Source of the DNA: an uncultured Candidatus Rokubacteria bacterium
Lineage (GTDB): Bacteria > Methylomirabilota > Methylomirabilia > Rokubacteriales > DASRDR01
Length of the DNA: 64,000 nt
Direction: 5' to 3'
Assembly (NCBI GenBank): GCA_963805625.1
Contig: CAWDVE010000017.1
Span: 288,001-352,000 of the forward strand
The translations under genes and the position numbers were made by a program. A model generated the notes under the pieces. It had not been told where the DNA came from, made no database searches, and was given only the letters and a program-made list of their open reading frames with translations. This document shows positions 29,378-42,559 of this stretch, in pieces. The first letter of the stretch is position 1. The number at the start of each line of letters is the position of its first letter.

Positions 29378-30747
29378 CGTCGTAGCTCATAACTGAGGGT
29401 TACCCTCCGGTTCTCGTCAGCTCAAAACTCAGGGTTACCAGCGGCATCGTCTAGGCGCCTCCAGGAGCGAGCGTTGGGAGGGGGGTGGCGATCTGGGTAT
29501 TTCCCTCGGGCCGGTGAGGGTCGGGGGCCGCGAGGGCCCAGAGTCGGTCCAGTTCGCGCTCGAGGGCACGGCGGAGCTGGAGCGGGTTGAGCGACTGATA
29601 GAGCGCCTCGAGTTCCCGGCGGACATCGGGCGCCAGGACGCCGGCGGCGCAGAGGCGCTGGTAGGGTGTCTGGGCGCGATCATAGACTCGGTGGGTCCGC
29701 GCCCCCTGCCGGGTCTTGGTCACGAGCTTCTCCACGGGCTGGAAGAAGTTGACGTGCAGGCGGGCGAGGCGGTAGACGCGCTGGAGTTGCCCATAGGCGG
29801 CGCGGGCGGTGAAGCGATCATAGCCGACGAGTTGGCGGACGACGGCGCCGTTCTTCTGCTCGACATGGGCACTGTCGTTCTTCTTCCAGGGGCGGCTGCG
29901 CGTGAAGGTGATGCGATGGCGGCGACAATACGCCAGGAGCGCGTGGTTGATGAACTCGGACCCATTGTCGCTGTCGAGGCCGACGAGCGGCATGGGCAGG
30001 CGCGTCCGGACGCGATGGACGGCGCCGCCGACGCGCGCCTGGCCCTTGCCCCAGACGGGCTCCAGTTCGATCCACGCGGTGGCGATGTCCACGGCGCAGA
30101 GGGTGCAGAGGTAGAAGCCCTCGGTGCTCGATCCACAGTGGGCGACGAGATCGACCTCGAGAAAACCGGGCTGAGCGTCATTCCACTCGCTGAAGGTGCG
30201 GATGGGGATCTCGTGCTTCAGTGCCGAGCCCGGGCGCGTGATCGTTGCGCCGCGCAGCGGGTACTGCGCACGGGCGGGCCCCAACAGCCGGGCGAGCGTG
30301 GGGCGGCTGGCCTGCCGCACGAGCTTGTCGACCGCCGGAGGAAGGGTGAGCTCGCCGCACCGGAGGAGACGGTCGAGCAGCTCCGGCACGAAGGGATGGA
30401 GCCGATGGGCGCCGATCCGGCCGCTGGCCTGCCACAGGACCGCGGCCGCGGTGGCGACGTCCGGGCCGTAGGCGCGCGGGCGCCCGCCCGGCCCAGGCGT
30501 CGCCCGGGGCCGCGGCGCGCGGCGGAGGAGTCGGATGGCGGCCTTGCGGTGGATGCCGGTGACGGCCACGACCTCGTTCAAGAGCTGGCGTTTCTCGGCC
30601 CGGGTCGCGTGCCGATAGCGCTCCCGCTGGACGGCGGCATACTCCCGAAGGCTGGCTCGCGTCACGGGTCCCTCCTCGGGTGGATTGGTAACCGTGACTT
30701 CTGAGCTACAGCCCCCTCTCTGGTAACCGAAGTTTTGAGTCGATGCG
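29378..30747 (-). mobile_element. ISNCY-type (rve) insertion sequence
   Basis: Ends CGTCGTAGCTCATAAC..GGTTACC and GGTAACCGAAGTTTTGAGTCGATGCG, each with two motif copies; 5-bp TSD CGCAC (29373-29377 / 30748-30752). Confidence 0.8.
29451..30665 (-). CDS. DDE integrase-core transposase
   Basis: GTG 30665 with GAGGAGG; PGFLEVDLVAHCG, DSDNGSEFIN, KNDSAHVEQKN, TPYQRL. Confidence 0.9.
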   Translation of the reverse strand: MTRASLREYAAVQRERYRHATRAEKRQLLNEVVAVTGIHRKAAIRLLRRAPRPRATPGPGGRPRAYGPDVATAAAVLWQASGRIGAHRLHPFVPELLDRLLRCGELTLPPAVDKLVRQASRPTLARLLGPARAQYPLRGATITRPGSALKHEIPIRTFSEWNDAQPGFLEVDLVAHCGSSTEGFYLCTLCAVDIATAWIELEPVWGKGQARVGGAVHRVRTRLPMPLVGLDSDNGSEFINHALLAYCRRHRITFTRSRPWKKNDSAHVEQKNGAVVRQLVGYDRFTARAAYGQLQRVYRLARLHVNFFQPVEKLVTKTRQGARTHRVYDRAQTPYQRLCAAGVLAPDVRRELEALYQSLNPLQLRRALERELDRLWALAAPDPHRPEGNTQIATPLPTLAPGGA

Positions 30748-30752
30748 CGCAC

Positions 30753-30781
30753 TTGACAGCGGAGAGCACACGACGTAAAGT
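30753..30781 (+). promoter_or_regulatory. Sigma70 promoter of the pyr operon
   Basis: TTGACA-17 nt-TAAAGT immediately before the PyrR leader. Confidence 0.8.
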
Positions 30782-30792
30782 CCGGACCGTAA

Positions 30793-31524
<732 letters not shown>

Positions 31525-31541
31525 GAGGCCAAGGAGGAGGA

Positions 31542-32474
31542 ATGGGGCTCACGCGGAAGGACCTGCTGGAGATCCGGAGCCTCGAGCCCGGCGAGATCCA
31601 GACGATCCTGGACACCGCCGCCTCCATGAAGGAGATCGCCTCCCGGGAGATCAAGAAGGTCCCGGCGCTCCGCGGGAAGACGGTCATCAACCTGTTCCTC
31701 GAGCCCTCGACCCGCACCCGGACCTCGTTCGAGATCGCCGGCAAGTGGCTCTCGGCCGACGTCGTCAACGTCTCGGGGTCGTCCTCGAGCGTGGTCAAGG
31801 GCGAGACGCTCATCGACACCGCCCGGAACCTCGAGGCGATGAGTCCCGACTGCGTGGTGATTCGCCACGCGGCGTCGGGCGCGGCGCACATGCTGGCGCG
31901 GGCGCTCCGGTGCTCGGTCGTCAACGCCGGGGACGGGATGCACGAGCATCCGACCCAGGCTCTGCTCGACCTCCTGACGATCCGCGAGAAGCGGGGGCAC
32001 CTGGAAGGCCTCTCGGTCGCGATCGTGGGCGACATCGCCCACAGCCGGGTCGCTCGCTCCAACATCGCCGGGATGCGGAAGATGGGGATGAGTGTGACGG
32101 TCGCCGGGCCGCCGACCCTGATCCCGCCCGGGGTCGAGGAGCTCGGCGTCAAGGTCGCGCGCCGCCTCGAGGACGCGCTGCGCGACGTCGACGTGATCAT
32201 GATGCTGCGCCTCCAGCAGGAGCGCATGGCCACGAACTATATTCCCTCGCTCCGCGAGTACTCGCGTCTGTACGGACTCTCCCTGGAGAAGCTGCGCGGC
32301 GCCCGCCACGACGTCCTGATCATGCACCCCGGCCCGGTCAACCGCGGCATCGAGATGGCGCCCGAGGTGGCCGACGGGCCGTACTCGGTGATCCTCGAGC
32401 AGGTGGCCAACGGCGTCGCGGTGCGGATGGCGATCCTCTACCTCCTGGTGGGCGCCAAGAGCGGGGAGGCCTGA
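31542..32474 (+). CDS. pyrB: Aspartate carbamoyltransferase
   Basis: [32 protein letters not shown]. Confidence 0.97.
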   Translation: MGLTRKDLLEIRSLEPGEIQTILDTAASMKEIASREIKKVPALRGKTVINLFLEPSTRTRTSFEIAGKWLSADVVNVSGSSSSVVKGETLIDTARNLEAMSPDCVVIRHAASGAAHMLARALRCSVVNAGDGMHEHPTQALLDLLTIREKRGHLEGLSVAIVGDIAHSRVARSNIAGMRKMGMSVTVAGPPTLIPPGVEELGVKVARRLEDALRDVDVIMMLRLQQERMATNYIPSLREYSRLYGLSLEKLRGARHDVLIMHPGPVNRGIEMAPEVADGPYSVILEQVANGVAVRMAILYLLVGAKSGEA

Positions 32475-32477
32475 GCG

Positions 32478-33782
32478 ATGGACCTTCTGATCCAGAACGG
32501 CCGTCTCGTCGATCCCGCGAACGGGCTGGACGCGCCCGGGGATGTGCTGATCCAGGCGGGCCGCGTCGTCCGGGTCGGGCCGCGGCTCGACGCGCCGGCG
32601 GGCACCGAGACGCTCGACGCCGGGGGGCGGGTGGTCGCGCCCGGCTTCATCGACATCCACGTCCACCTCCGCGAGCCGGGCCAGGAGTACAAGGAGACGA
32701 TCGCCAGCGGCACCCGGGCGGCGGCGGCGGGCGGGTTCGCCGTGGTCGCGTGCATGGCCAACACGCAGCCGGTCAACGACACCCGTGCCGTGACGGACTA
32801 CATCCTCGCCGAGGCGCGGGTCCGGGGCGTCGTGCGCGTGTACCCGATCGGCGCGGTGACGCGCGGGCTCGCCGGGCGGGAGCTGGCGGAGCTCGGGGAG
32901 CTCGCCGAGGCGGGCTGTGTCGCCTACTCCGACGATGGGCGGCCGGTCATGAACTCGGCCCTCCTCCGCCGGGCACTCGAGTACGCTCAGGCGTTCGGGC
33001 GTCCGATCATCTCGCACGCCGAGGACCTCGCGCTCAGCGAGGGCGGCGTGATGCACGAGGGCTTCGTGTCGACGGATCTCGGGCTGCGGGGGATCCCGGC
33101 GGCGGCCGAGGAGATCATGGTCGCGCGCGACATCGCCCTCGCCGACCTCACGGGGACCCCGGTCCACATCGCCCACGTGTCGACCGCGGCCGCCGTGCGG
33201 CTCCTCCGGGACGCGAAGGCGCGCGGCGTTCCCGTCACCGGCGAGGTGACGCCTCACCATCTGCTCCTCACGGACGAGGCGCTCCGCGCCTACGACCCCA
33301 ACGCGAAGATGGCGCCGCCGCTCCGGTCGAAGCGCGACGTGGAGGCCTGCCGAGAGGCTCTCGCCGACGGTACCCTCGACGCAATCGCGACCGACCACGC
33401 GCCCCACGCGCTCACGGACAAGGAGGTGGAGCTCGACCACGCGGCCAACGGCATCGTGGGGCTCGAGACGGCGGTCGCCCTCTGCCTGACGCATCTGGTT
33501 CGGGAGCGCATCGTGGATCTGCCCACCCTCATCGCGCGGCTGACGGTCGGGCCGGCGCGCGTCCTCGGGCTGCCGGGCGGGAGCCTCGCCCCGGGGGCGC
33601 CCGGTGACGTGACGGTCCTGGATCTGGCGCAGGAGCACGTCATCGAGCCCGCGCGCTTCCGCTCGAAGGCCCGGAACACGCCGTTCGGCGGCCGGGCGTG
33701 CGTCGGCGCCCCGTGGCTGACGGTCGTGGGCGGCCGCGTCGTGATGCGCGCCGGCGTGGTCGCGGGAGAGAGCGGGCCGTGA
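32478..33782 (+). CDS. pyrC: Dihydroorotase
   Basis: [25 protein letters not shown]. Confidence 0.95.
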   Translation: MDLLIQNGRLVDPANGLDAPGDVLIQAGRVVRVGPRLDAPAGTETLDAGGRVVAPGFIDIHVHLREPGQEYKETIASGTRAAAAGGFAVVACMANTQPVNDTRAVTDYILAEARVRGVVRVYPIGAVTRGLAGRELAELGELAEAGCVAYSDDGRPVMNSALLRRALEYAQAFGRPIISHAEDLALSEGGVMHEGFVSTDLGLRGIPAAAEEIMVARDIALADLTGTPVHIAHVSTAAAVRLLRDAKARGVPVTGEVTPHHLLLTDEALRAYDPNAKMAPPLRSKRDVEACREALADGTLDAIATDHAPHALTDKEVELDHAANGIVGLETAVALCLTHLVRERIVDLPTLIARLTVGPARVLGLPGGSLAPGAPGDVTVLDLAQEHVIEPARFRSKARNTPFGGRACVGAPWLTVVGGRVVMRAGVVAGESGP

Positions 33783-34915
33783 TGCCGCGGGAGCAGGCGG
33801 TCCTGGCCCTGGCCGACGGCCGGGTCTTCGAGGGCGAGCCGTTCGGTGCCCGCGGGGAGACGGTGGGCGAGGTCGTGTTCAACACCGCGATGAGCGGGTA
33901 CCAGGAGATCCTCACGGACCCCTCGTACAAGGGGCAGATCGTCTGCATGACCTATCCCCACATCGGCAACACGGGCGTGAACGAGGAGGACCCGGAGTCC
34001 CGCCGACCGTGGGCGGAGGGCTTCGTGGTCCGCGAAGCGTCGTCTGTGGCCTCGTCCTGGCGGGCGACGGCGACCCTCGACGCCTACCTCCGGGCGCACG
34101 GGATCGTGGGGATCCAGGGCATCGATACCCGCGCTCTCACGCGGCATCTCCGGGACCACGGGGCGCAGGAGGGCGTGATCGCGACGGGCGACGTCGACCC
34201 GCAGGCGGTCGTCGCCAAGGCCAAGGCCTCGCCCGGGCTCCTCGGGCGGGATCTAGTCAAGGAGGTCACCTGCCAGGCGCCGTACGCGTGGGGCGAGTCC
34301 GTGTGGCGTCTGGGCGAAGGCTACGCGACCCCGCCGCCCGCGCGCTTCCACGTGGTCGCCTACGACTCTGGGATCAAGCGAAACATTCTCCGCCAGCTGA
34401 CCGCGGAGGGCTGCCGGGTCACGGTGGTGCCGGCCTTCGCCTCGGCGGACGAGGTGCTCGCGCTCGCCCCGGACGGGCTCTTCCTCGCCAACGGCCCGGG
34501 CGACCCGGAGGGCGTGCCCTATCTCATCGAGTCCGTGCGACGGCTGGCCGAGCGGCTGCCGACGTTCGGGATCTGCCTCGGCCAGCAGATCCTGGCGCTG
34601 GCGCTCGGGGCGCGCACCTTCAAGCTGCCCTTCGGCCACCACGGCGCGAACCACCCGGTGAAGGACCTCGGCACGGGCCGGGTCGAGATCACCTCGCAGA
34701 ACCACGGCTTCGCCGTGGATCCGGACTCGGGCGCCGCGTCGGGGTTCGAGGTCACCCACGTCAATCTCAACGACGGCACCTGCGAGGGGGTGCGCCACCG
34801 GAGCCTGCCGGTCTTCGCGGTGCAGTACCATCCGGAAGCGGCCCCGGGGCCGCACGATTCGCACTACCTGTTCCGGCGGTTCGTCGAGCTCCTCACGCAG
34901 TCGAGAGGCAGGTGA
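33782..34915 (+). CDS. carA: Carbamoyl-phosphate synthase small subunit
   Basis: [29 protein letters not shown]. Confidence 0.97.
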   Translation: MPREQAVLALADGRVFEGEPFGARGETVGEVVFNTAMSGYQEILTDPSYKGQIVCMTYPHIGNTGVNEEDPESRRPWAEGFVVREASSVASSWRATATLDAYLRAHGIVGIQGIDTRALTRHLRDHGAQEGVIATGDVDPQAVVAKAKASPGLLGRDLVKEVTCQAPYAWGESVWRLGEGYATPPPARFHVVAYDSGIKRNILRQLTAEGCRVTVVPAFASADEVLALAPDGLFLANGPGDPEGVPYLIESVRRLAERLPTFGICLGQQILALALGARTFKLPFGHHGANHPVKDLGTGRVEITSQNHGFAVDPDSGAASGFEVTHVNLNDGTCEGVRHRSLPVFAVQYHPEAAPGPHDSHYLFRRFVELLTQSRGR

Positions 34916-34919
34916 GAGG

Positions 34920-35183
34920 ATGCCCCGGTATTTCATCGCCTATCGGAAGACCGAGGAGGCCGGGCAGAAGCCCGAGTGGGCCTCCTTCACGACCGAGTCC
35001 ACCGCGGCGCTCGAGGCGCACGCCATCCGCGAGCGGGTGGACAGGCGGCTCGGTCTGTTCGGCGAGCGGCTGACGGGCGCGGGCGAGGTCCAGTTCCTGG
35101 GCTCGGCGCCGCTCGTCGAGTTCCTCGTGCGCCGAGAGGAGGCGCCCGCCGGCGTCTCTATCGTGTACGGCTTGCTCGAATAG
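34920..35183 (+). CDS. Hypothetical 87-aa protein inside the pyr operon
   Basis: GAGAGG-ATG; fills the carA-carB gap, stop codon abuts the carB ATG; host-like codon usage. Confidence 0.75.
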   Translation: MPRYFIAYRKTEEAGQKPEWASFTTESTAALEAHAIRERVDRRLGLFGERLTGAGEVQFLGSAPLVEFLVRREEAPAGVSIVYGLLE

Positions 35184-38100
35184 ATGCCGAAGCGCACGGA
35201 CATCCGCAAGATCCTGCTGATCGGCTCGGGGCCGATCGTGATCGGCCAGGCGTGCGAGTTCGACTACTCGGGCACCCAGGCCTGCAAGGCCCTCCGCGAG
35301 GAGGGGTTCGAGGTCGTGCTCGTGAACTCGAACCCGGCCACCATCATGACCGATCCGGAGATGGCGGACCGCACCTACGTCGAGCCCCTCACGCCCGAGG
35401 TGCTCGAGCGCATCATCGCCGTCGAGCGGCCGGATGCGCTCCTCCCGACGCTCGGCGGGCAGACCGGGCTGAACCTCGCCGTCGCGCTCGCTGACCGCGG
35501 CGTCCTCGAGCGGTTCGGCGTGGAGCTGATCGGCGCCAAGATCGAGGCGATCCGGAAGGCCGAGGATCGCGAGCTCTTCAAGGCGGCGATGCAGCGGATC
35601 GGCCTCGAGCTCCCACGCTCGGGCTACGCGCGCTCGATCGAGCAGGCGCGCGAGGTCGTCCGCGACGTGGGTTACCCGGCCATCATCCGGCCGTCGTTCA
35701 CGCTCGGGGGTACGGGGGGCTCCATCGCCTGGAATCCGGACGAGCTGGAGGGAGCGATCCGCTGGGGCCTCCAGCAGAGTCCGGTGGGCCAGGTGCTGGT
35801 CGAAGAGTCCGTCGTCGGGTGGAAGGAATTCGAGCTGGAGGTCATGCGGGACCTCCGGGACAATGTCGTGATCGTCTGCTCGATCGAGAACTTCGACCCG
35901 ATGGGCGTCCATACCGGCGACTCGATCACGGTGGCACCCGTCCAGACGCTGACCGACAAGGAGTACCAGCTGATGCGGGATGCCGCCCTCGCGATCATCC
36001 GCGAGATCGGCGTCGAGACCGGCGGTTCGAACATACAGTTCGCCGTCAACCCCGCGGACGGACGCCTCGTGGTCATCGAGATGAACCCCCGCGTCAGCCG
36101 CTCGTCGGCGCTCGCGTCGAAGGCGACCGGGTTTCCCATCGCGAAGATCGCCGCCAAGCTTGCCGCCGGCTACACGCTCGACGAGCTGCGGAACGACATC
36201 ACCCGCGAGACGCCGGCCTCGTTCGAGCCGACGATCGACTACTGCGTGGTGAAGATCCCGCGCTGGGCCTTCGAGAAGTTTCCCGAGGCCGACCAGACGC
36301 TGACGACCCAGATGAAGTCCGTCGGCGAGGTGATGGCCATCGGCCGCACCTTCAAGGAGGCGCTCCAGAAGGCGGTGCGCTCGCTCGAGCAGGATCGCGC
36401 CGGGCTCGGACTCGACCGGCCAGCCCCGGACGTTGAGATGCTCCGGGACCGGCTGCGGGTCCCGAACCCCGACCGACTCCTCTACGTCGCGGAGGCGATG
36501 CGGCGCGGCCTCGGGCGCGCGGAGATCGCCGGCCTGACGCGGATCGATCCCTGGTTTCTCGGCCAGATGGAGGAGCTGATCGCGTTCGAGGAGGCCTTCC
36601 GGCAGGCTCCCGACCTCTCGCACGAGACGCTGCGCCGGGCGAAGCGTCTGGGCTTCTCCGATCGGCGACTGGGCGAGCTGGCGGGCCGCCCCGAGGCCGA
36701 GGTCCGGCAGGCGCGGGTGGCCCTCGGTATCCGCGTCACCTTCAAGGTGGTGGACACCTGCGCGGCGGAATTCGTGGCGCACACGCCCTACCTCTACTCG
36801 ACCTACGAGGAGGAGGACGAGGCGCCGCCGACCGCGCGCCCGAAGGTGGTGATCCTCGGGTCGGGACCGAACCGGATCGGCCAGGGCATCGAGTTCGACT
36901 ACGCGTGCGTGCACGCGGCCTTCGCGCTCCGCGAGGCGGGCGTCGAGGCGATCATGGTCAACTGCAACCCGGAGACGGTGTCGACCGACTACGACACGTC
37001 CGACCGGCTCTACTTCGAGCCACTGACCCTCGAGGACGTCCTCAACATCGTCGAGAAGGAGCAGCCGCTCGGGGTGATCGTCCAGTTCGGAGGGCAGACG
37101 CCGCTCAAGCTCGCGGTGCCGCTTGAGCGGGCGGGCGTCCTGATCCTGGGGACGTCCCCGGACGCGATCGACCGGGCGGAGGACCGCGAGCGCTTCGCCG
37201 ACCTCCTCCGGAAGGTCGGCCTCCAGCAGCCGCCCAACGGCTCGGCGCGCTCCGCCGACGAGGCGGCCGGGATCGCGGACACGCTGGGGTATCCGGTGCT
37301 GGTGCGCCCGTCCTACGTTCTGGGCGGGCGGGCCATGGAGGTCGTCTACGAGGAGGCGCGGCTTCGCGAATGGATGCGGGAGTCGGCGCACGTCTCGCCC
37401 GATCACCCCATTCTCATCGACAAGTTCCTCGAGGATGCGCTCGAGATCGATGTCGACGCGCTCTGCGACGGCCAGGACGTTCTGATCGGGGGCGTGATGG
37501 AACACATCGAGAAGGCGGGGATCCACTCCGGCGACTCGGCGTGCGCCCTGCCGCCGTACTCGATCGGCGACGACCAGGTGGAGCGGCTCCGGGCCCAGAC
37601 GCGCGCCCTCGCCCTCGAGCTGGGCGTGGTGGGCCTGCTCAACATCCAGTTCGCGATCAAGAGCGACACGATCTACGTGCTCGAGGTCAACCCGCGCGCA
37701 TCGCGCACCGTGCCGTTCGTCTCGAAGGCCATCGGGCTGCCGCTCGCTAAGCTGGCGACCCGGGTGGTGCTCGGTGCCCGGATCGCCGAGCTCGGCGTGC
37801 GCGAGGTGTCCGATCTGCCCTACGTCTCGGTCAAGGAGGCGGTCTTCCCGTTCGTGAAGTTCCCCGGGGTCGACGTGATCCTCGGGCCCGAGATGCGCTC
37901 CACCGGCGAGGTGATGGGGATCGGGCGCGAGTTTGGCACGGCGTATCTGAAGTCGCAGCTCGCTGCGGGGTCGACCCTGCCGCGGGGCGGCAAGGCCTTC
38001 ATCTCCGTGCGGAACCGGGACAAGCGGCCGGTCGTCAACATCGGCCGGAGCCTCGCCGAGATGGGCTTTGCGCTCGTGGCGACGAAGGGCACCGCCAAGC

Positions 38101-38396
38101 TCCTCGAGCGGCACGGTCTCGGCGTCGAGGTCATCCACAAGGTGGCGGAGGGCTGGCGGCCGAACATCGTCGACCTGATGAAACAGGGCGAGATCGGCCT
38201 GGTCATCAACACCCCGGAGGACGGGCGCGCCCGGAAGGATTCGTACCTCATCCGCCGGACCGCGGTCATGCAGAACATCCCGTACTACACGACGATGGAC
38301 GGGGCGCAGGCGGCCCTCGAGGCGATCGAGGCGCAGCGGACCGGCGCGCTCGAGGTGCAGCCGCTCCAGGCGTACTACGAGAGCCTGAAGGCGTGA
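35184..38396 (+). CDS. carB: Carbamoyl-phosphate synthase large subunit
   Basis: [25 protein letters not shown], two ATP-grasp halves, MGS domain. Confidence 0.98.
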   Translation: MPKRTDIRKILLIGSGPIVIGQACEFDYSGTQACKALREEGFEVVLVNSNPATIMTDPEMADRTYVEPLTPEVLERIIAVERPDALLPTLGGQTGLNLAVALADRGVLERFGVELIGAKIEAIRKAEDRELFKAAMQRIGLELPRSGYARSIEQAREVVRDVGYPAIIRPSFTLGGTGGSIAWNPDELEGAIRWGLQQSPVGQVLVEESVVGWKEFELEVMRDLRDNVVIVCSIENFDPMGVHTGDSITVAPVQTLTDKEYQLMRDAALAIIREIGVETGGSNIQFAVNPADGRLVVIEMNPRVSRSSALASKATGFPIAKIAAKLAAGYTLDELRNDITRETPASFEPTIDYCVVKIPRWAFEKFPEADQTLTTQMKSVGEVMAIGRTFKEALQKAVRSLEQDRAGLGLDRPAPDVEMLRDRLRVPNPDRLLYVAEAMRRGLGRAEIAGLTRIDPWFLGQMEELIAFEEAFRQAPDLSHETLRRAKRLGFSDRRLGELAGRPEAEVRQARVALGIRVTFKVVDTCAAEFVAHTPYLYSTYEEEDEAPPTARPKVVILGSGPNRIGQGIEFDYACVHAAFALREAGVEAIMVNCNPETVSTDYDTSDRLYFEPLTLEDVLNIVEKEQPLGVIVQFGGQTPLKLAVPLERAGVLILGTSPDAIDRAEDRERFADLLRKVGLQQPPNGSARSADEAAGIADTLGYPVLVRPSYVLGGRAMEVVYEEARLREWMRESAHVSPDHPILIDKFLEDALEIDVDALCDGQDVLIGGVMEHIEKAGIHSGDSACALPPYSIGDDQVERLRAQTRALALELGVVGLLNIQFAIKSDTIYVLEVNPRASRTVPFVSKAIGLPLAKLATRVVLGARIAELGVREVSDLPYVSVKEAVFPFVKFPGVDVILGPEMRSTGEVMGIGREFGTAYLKSQLAAGSTLPRGGKAFISVRNRDKRPVVNIGRSLAEMGFALVATKGTAKLLERHGLGVEVIHKVAEGWRPNIVDLMKQGEIGLVINTPEDGRARKDSYLIRRTAVMQNIPYYTTMDGAQAALEAIEAQRTGALEVQPLQAYYESLKA

Positions 38397-39127
38397 CCGG
38401 AGGCGGGAACGGCACGGGGTCCCTCGCGGCGCGCGACCGCCTGATCGTCGCCCTCGACACCCCGGGCTTGCCCGCCGCCGAGACGCTCGTGGAGCGGCTC
38501 GCGGGTGTCGTCGCGCACTTCAAGGTGGGGAGCGCGCTCTTCACCGCCGCCGGCCCGGCCGCGGTGGAGATGGTCCGGCGGCGGGGGGGGCGCGTCTTCC
38601 TCGACCTCAAGTACCACGACATCCCGGCGACGGTGGCGGGCGCCGTCGAGGCGGCCGCGCGGCTGGGCGTCGGGCTCCTCACCGTGCACGCCTCGGGCGG
38701 CGCCGCGATGCTGCGGGCCGCGGCGGAGGCAGCCCGGGCCGCCGGGCGCGACCGCCCGCGGGTCGTCGCGGTGACCGTCCTCACGAGCCTCGACCGGGCA
38801 GCCCTCCAGCGCGAGCTTGGCGTGCCGGTCGCCGTCTTGGGGCACGCGGTCCAGTTGGCCGTCCTCGCGCGCGAGGCGGGGTGCGATGGCGTGGTGGCCT
38901 CGCCCCGCGAGGCGGCGCGGTTACGGGCGATGCTGGGGCCGGAGGCGCTGATCGTTACCCCGGGCATCCGCCTGGCCGGCGGCAGCCTCGACGATCAGGC
39001 CCGGACCGCCACGCCCGCCGTCGCGGTGCGCGCCGGCGCGGATTACCTGGTGGTGGGCCGGCCGATCACGGGGGCCGCCGATCCGGCCGCCGCGGCCGCC
39101 GCGATCCTCGCCGAGCTGGCCGCGTGA
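38393..39127 (+). CDS. pyrF: Orotidine-5'-phosphate decarboxylase
   Basis: [32 protein letters not shown]. Confidence 0.96.
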   Translation: MTGGGNGTGSLAARDRLIVALDTPGLPAAETLVERLAGVVAHFKVGSALFTAAGPAAVEMVRRRGGRVFLDLKYHDIPATVAGAVEAAARLGVGLLTVHASGGAAMLRAAAEAARAAGRDRPRVVAVTVLTSLDRAALQRELGVPVAVLGHAVQLAVLAREAGCDGVVASPREAARLRAMLGPEALIVTPGIRLAGGSLDDQARTATPAVAVRAGADYLVVGRPITGAADPAAAAAAILAELAA

Positions 39128-41748
39128 GCGTGCCCGGCCACGCGGCGCTCGTGCGGCGGCTCCACGAGATCGGCGGCGTGCGCTTCGGCGAGTTCGTGCT
39201 GAAGTCCGGGATCACCTCGCCCTTCTACATCGACCTGCGGGTGGTGATCTCGCACCCGGAGGTGCTGGCCGAGGTGGGGCGGCTCATGGCTGCCGAGGTC
39301 GCCCGCTGCCGGGTCGATCGGATCGCGGGCATTCCCTACGCCGGGCTGCCGCTGGCCGTGGCCGCGAGCCTGGCGGGCGGCGTCCCGCTCGTCTATCCCC
39401 GGCGCGAGGAGAAGGCGTACGGCACGCGAAAGCGAATCGAGGGCGCGTTCCACCCGGGCGAGCGCGTCGTGGTGATCGACGACATCGTCACCGACGGCGC
39501 GTCGAAGCTCGAGGCGATCGAGCTGCTCGAGGCCGCGGGGCTCGTGGTGGAGGATCTCGTGGTCTTGATCGACCGCGAGCAGGGCGGGCGCGAGCGGCTC
39601 GCCGCGAAGGGGTACCGGCTCCACGCCGTGCTCACGATCTCCGCCTGCTTCGACGCGCTCGAGTCGGCCGGCCTTGTGGATGCCGCCGTGCTCGGGCGGG
39701 CCCGGGCCTTCGTCCACACCACCCGCCTCGCCTGACGCGCGCGGCCCCTCGGGGCCGATCTCGAAGATCTGGGCGTGCTCGAAGGCCGTGACTCGCGTGA
39801 CGCCCGGGGGCAGGCGCTCGAGCGCCGCCTCGAGCCGGGCGCGGGGTTCTGCGTGGTACTGGCCGAGGTCCACGACCACGTAGCGGACGTAGATCGTCCG
39901 AAGCCGGGCGACCGCGGCCGGGGCAGGGAACGTGTTCAGCGTGCTGACGTCGGCGGCATAGCCGGGCGGGAAGACGCCGGCGTAGCCGTTGACGAGCGGG
40001 CGCCAGTGCGCGGTCGAGGCGAAGAGGCGGAGACTTTCGAGGTGCGCCGCGTGCGGCTCGTACATCGGCAGCACGACCACGGCGTCCGAGCCGGGCTGGG
40101 CGGCCAGCCACCGGTCGGCGGGCCCGTGGTCCGGCGCGACGCTCATGAAGGGGAACGGCACGGTCCAGGTCTCGAGCACGGCGAGGGCCCCGATGGCGCC
40201 CAGCGCCACGGTCCGCAATCCGAGCGGGCGAAGCCGCCGCGCGATGGCCGCGGCGCCGAACCCCGCCAGGACTGCGAGACCCGTGGTGACGAGGATGCCG
40301 AAGCGGCCCGGAACCCGGAGCGCGTCGAAGGCGGGGACGAGCCCGTAGAGCTGCGCGTAGAGTGGCTGGAGGCTCCGCTCCCGGCCGAGCTCGAGCCGCG
40401 GCCCGAAGGAGGCGATCGCGCCCACGGCTGTCAGGCCGACGTAGTATCCCGGGGCGTTCGGCCACCCTAGCCGGCGGAGCCAGTCGAGCCCGCGGATGGG
40501 CCGCGGTCCGCCCTGGACGATTCGCCGCACGGCCAGCGCGATTGCGAGCGCGAGCACGGGCCAGCCGAAGTGCCGCTGCGACAGGCGGACCGGTCCCAGG
40601 TGCACGGAGAACCCGCCGACGAGAAGCCAGTTGGCGGCCGTCACGACGATGGCCACGGTCAGGGCGACGTCGAGCGCGCCCGGCCAACGGCGGCCGCGCG
40701 CCGCGCCCGATCCGGGCGCGCTCTCCGGCGAACGCCAGGCGAGAACGGCGCCCGGGAGCGCGAGGGCCAGCACCACCAGCCCCGGAAACAGGACCGCCTC
40801 CCGGGCCCGGAAGCGTGTCGTGGCGCTCCCGAGCCACCGGTTCTCCGCCGGCACCGCCAGATAGGACGTGGGCTCCGCGACGTAGTGCTCGACCTCCTTC
40901 AGGTCCCGGACCATCCCGATCTCGGCGCGGACGAACCGGTACGGGAGGAACAGGGGCAGCAGGAGGAGAGCGGCGAGGGCGCCGGCCAGGGCTCCGCGGG
41001 CGACCAGGCGGCCGAGGGGCGGCCGGGCGGCTGGCAGCCCGAGCCAGGCGACGAAGACAGCCCCGGCGATCGCGGCGAAGAACGCCTGATAGCCGGAGGA
41101 CAGGGCCTGGAGCGCGAAGGCCCCCGCCGCGAGACCAACGTCCCACCAGCGACCGCGGCTCCCGGCGGCGCGGTGGAGCCCCAGGAGCAGGAGCGGCAGC
41201 CACTGGTGGCTCAGCACCTGGACGTGGCCCAGTTGGCCGAACCGGAAGTGCGAGAAGGCGTAGAGCACCGCCGCCACCGTGGCCGCCCCGGCATGGCCGG
41301 TGAGATGCCGCGCCAGCCAGAACATGGCCAGCCCGGTCAGGGGGAACGTGGCGAGCCAGACGAGGTTGTGGGAGAGGAGCACGCCCGCGCCCGCGAGGCG
41401 CGGTAGCGCGACGAGGGGCACGAGCCCCAGGAGGTGCTCGGTGTAGGCGAGCGTCCAGCGGTGCGGGTGAAACATGTTCGCGTCGAGGAATCGGAGCGGC
41501 GTCGTCGTCAACGCGTGGACGTCCCACGCCAGGATCCACGTCGTCAGGAGCGGGTCTTCGAGATTGACGACGACGGAGCCGAGATGCGCCATGGCCGGCC
41601 ACGTCAGGACGACGGCGAGCGCGGTGAGAAGCAGGAGGACGAGCGCGCTCTGGCTCGCGCTTCGCCCCCGGCGCGGCGCGGCGCGCGTGTCGCCCGGGCG
41701 GGCCGCCGGCGAGACCGCGCCCGGCGCGAGCCCCCGAGTGTCAGCCAC
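39043..41748 (-). CDS. Polytopic membrane protein, GT-C/YfhO-like glycosyltransferase; homologous part ends near 39740 but the frame stays open across pyrE
   Basis: [44 protein letters not shown]. Confidence 0.75.
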   Translation of the reverse strand: MADTRGLAPGAVSPAARPGDTRAAPRRGRSASQSALVLLLLTALAVVLTWPAMAHLGSVVVNLEDPLLTTWILAWDVHALTTTPLRFLDANMFHPHRWTLAYTEHLLGLVPLVALPRLAGAGVLLSHNLVWLATFPLTGLAMFWLARHLTGHAGAATVAAVLYAFSHFRFGQLGHVQVLSHQWLPLLLLGLHRAAGSRGRWWDVGLAAGAFALQALSSGYQAFFAAIAGAVFVAWLGLPAARPPLGRLVARGALAGALAALLLLPLFLPYRFVRAEIGMVRDLKEVEHYVAEPTSYLAVPAENRWLGSATTRFRAREAVLFPGLVVLALALPGAVLAWRSPESAPGSGAARGRRWPGALDVALTVAIVVTAANWLLVGGFSVHLGPVRLSQRHFGWPVLALAIALAVRRIVQGGPRPIRGLDWLRRLGWPNAPGYYVGLTAVGAIASFGPRLELGRERSLQPLYAQLYGLVPAFDALRVPGRFGILVTTGLAVLAGFGAAAIARRLRPLGLRTVALGAIGALAVLETWTVPFPFMSVAPDHGPADRWLAAQPGSDAVVVLPMYEPHAAHLESLRLFASTAHWRPLVNGYAGVFPPGYAADVSTLNTFPAPAAVARLRTIYVRYVVVDLGQYHAEPRARLEAALERLPPGVTRVTAFEHAQIFEIGPEGPRASGEAGGVDEGPGPPEHGGIHKAGRLERVEAGGDREHGVEPVPLRGEPLAPALLAVDQDHEILHHEPRGLEQLDRLELRRAVGDDVVDHHDALARVERALDSLSRAVRLLLAPGIDERDAARQARGHGQRQPGVGNARDPIDPAAGDLGSHEPPHLGQHLRVRDHHPQVDVEGRGDPGLQHELAEAHAADLVEPPHERRVAGHAHAASSARIAAAAAAGSAAPVIGRPTTR
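39124..39735 (+). CDS. pyrE: Orotate phosphoribosyltransferase
   Basis: [31 protein letters not shown]; GTGA overlap with pyrF. Confidence 0.93.
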   Translation: MSVPGHAALVRRLHEIGGVRFGEFVLKSGITSPFYIDLRVVISHPEVLAEVGRLMAAEVARCRVDRIAGIPYAGLPLAVAASLAGGVPLVYPRREEKAYGTRKRIEGAFHPGERVVVIDDIVTDGASKLEAIELLEAAGLVVEDLVVLIDREQGGRERLAAKGYRLHAVLTISACFDALESAGLVDAAVLGRARAFVHTTRLA

Positions 41749-42559
41749 GCGCCTGGTACTCGGGGCGCCAGCGGAGGAGGCGCGCCTCCACCTGGTGGAT
41801 GCCGAGCGCCAGGACGATCCCCGTGAGACCGAGGACCAGGAGGGCGACCATCATGTCGGCGGCGTTGAGGTTCCCGAGCGAGGCGATGATGAGGTAGCCG
41901 ATGCCTCCGCCGGACTCCCCGCCGATGAACTCGCCGATCACGACCCCAATGAGCGCGAACGACACGGACGGCGTCAGGGAGGCGAAGGTCCAGGCGAGCG
42001 CCGACGGCACGATCACCGTCCGCATCACCTGACGCTCGGAGGCGCCGAGGAAGCGCGCCGAGTGAATGAGGTCGGGGTCGACCCCGCGCGCTCCCTGGAA
42101 GGTGTTGAAGAAGACGATGAAGAAGACGATCAGCCAGGCAAGCACCACCTTCGCGAGGACGCCGAAGCCGAAGATCATCGTGACGAGGGGCACCAGCGCG
42201 ATCCGGGGCAGCGAGTTGAAGGCCACGATATAGGGGTGCAGCACCGCCGCCAGGCGCGCGTTCCGCCCGAGCACGAGGCCGGCGACGAAGCCGCTTCCCA
42301 CGCCTACCCCGAACCCGAGCAGCGTGGACTCGAGCGTCGAGATCAGGAGTCGCCAGAGCGGCACCCGCACGGCGCCGGAGTTCAGGTGCCAGAACCGGCT
42401 CCAGATCGCCGAGGGCCGGCTGATGAAGAACGGATCGACGAAGTAGACGACGCGCGAGACCGATTTCGCGATGGCGGGATGCGTCAACCCCTCCCACAGG
42501 CCGAGCAGCAAGACGAGAATCAGGAGCCGCCAGGCGTTCACGCGGGCGCGGTCGCTCAT
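41741..42559 (-). CDS. ABC transporter permease (NitT/TauT family)
   Basis: NSLPRIALVP, EAA-like ARFLGAS, GVVIGEFIG. Confidence 0.92.
   Translation of the reverse strand: MSDRARVNAWRLLILVLLLGLWEGLTHPAIAKSVSRVVYFVDPFFISRPSAIWSRFWHLNSGAVRVPLWRLLISTLESTLLGFGVGVGSGFVAGLVLGRNARLAAVLHPYIVAFNSLPRIALVPLVTMIFGFGVLAKVVLAWLIVFFIVFFNTFQGARGVDPDLIHSARFLGASERQVMRTVIVPSALAWTFASLTPSVSFALIGVVIGEFIGGESGGGIGYLIIASLGNLNAADMMVALLVLGLTGIVLALGIHQVEARLLRWRPEYQARG

Noticed and set aside
34893-38138. 1081-aa minus-strand ORF and other long antisense ORFs (466-2310, 15075-17102, 31521-33638, etc.)
   Set aside because: Shadow frames of real genes caused by high-GC codon bias; no protein motifs.
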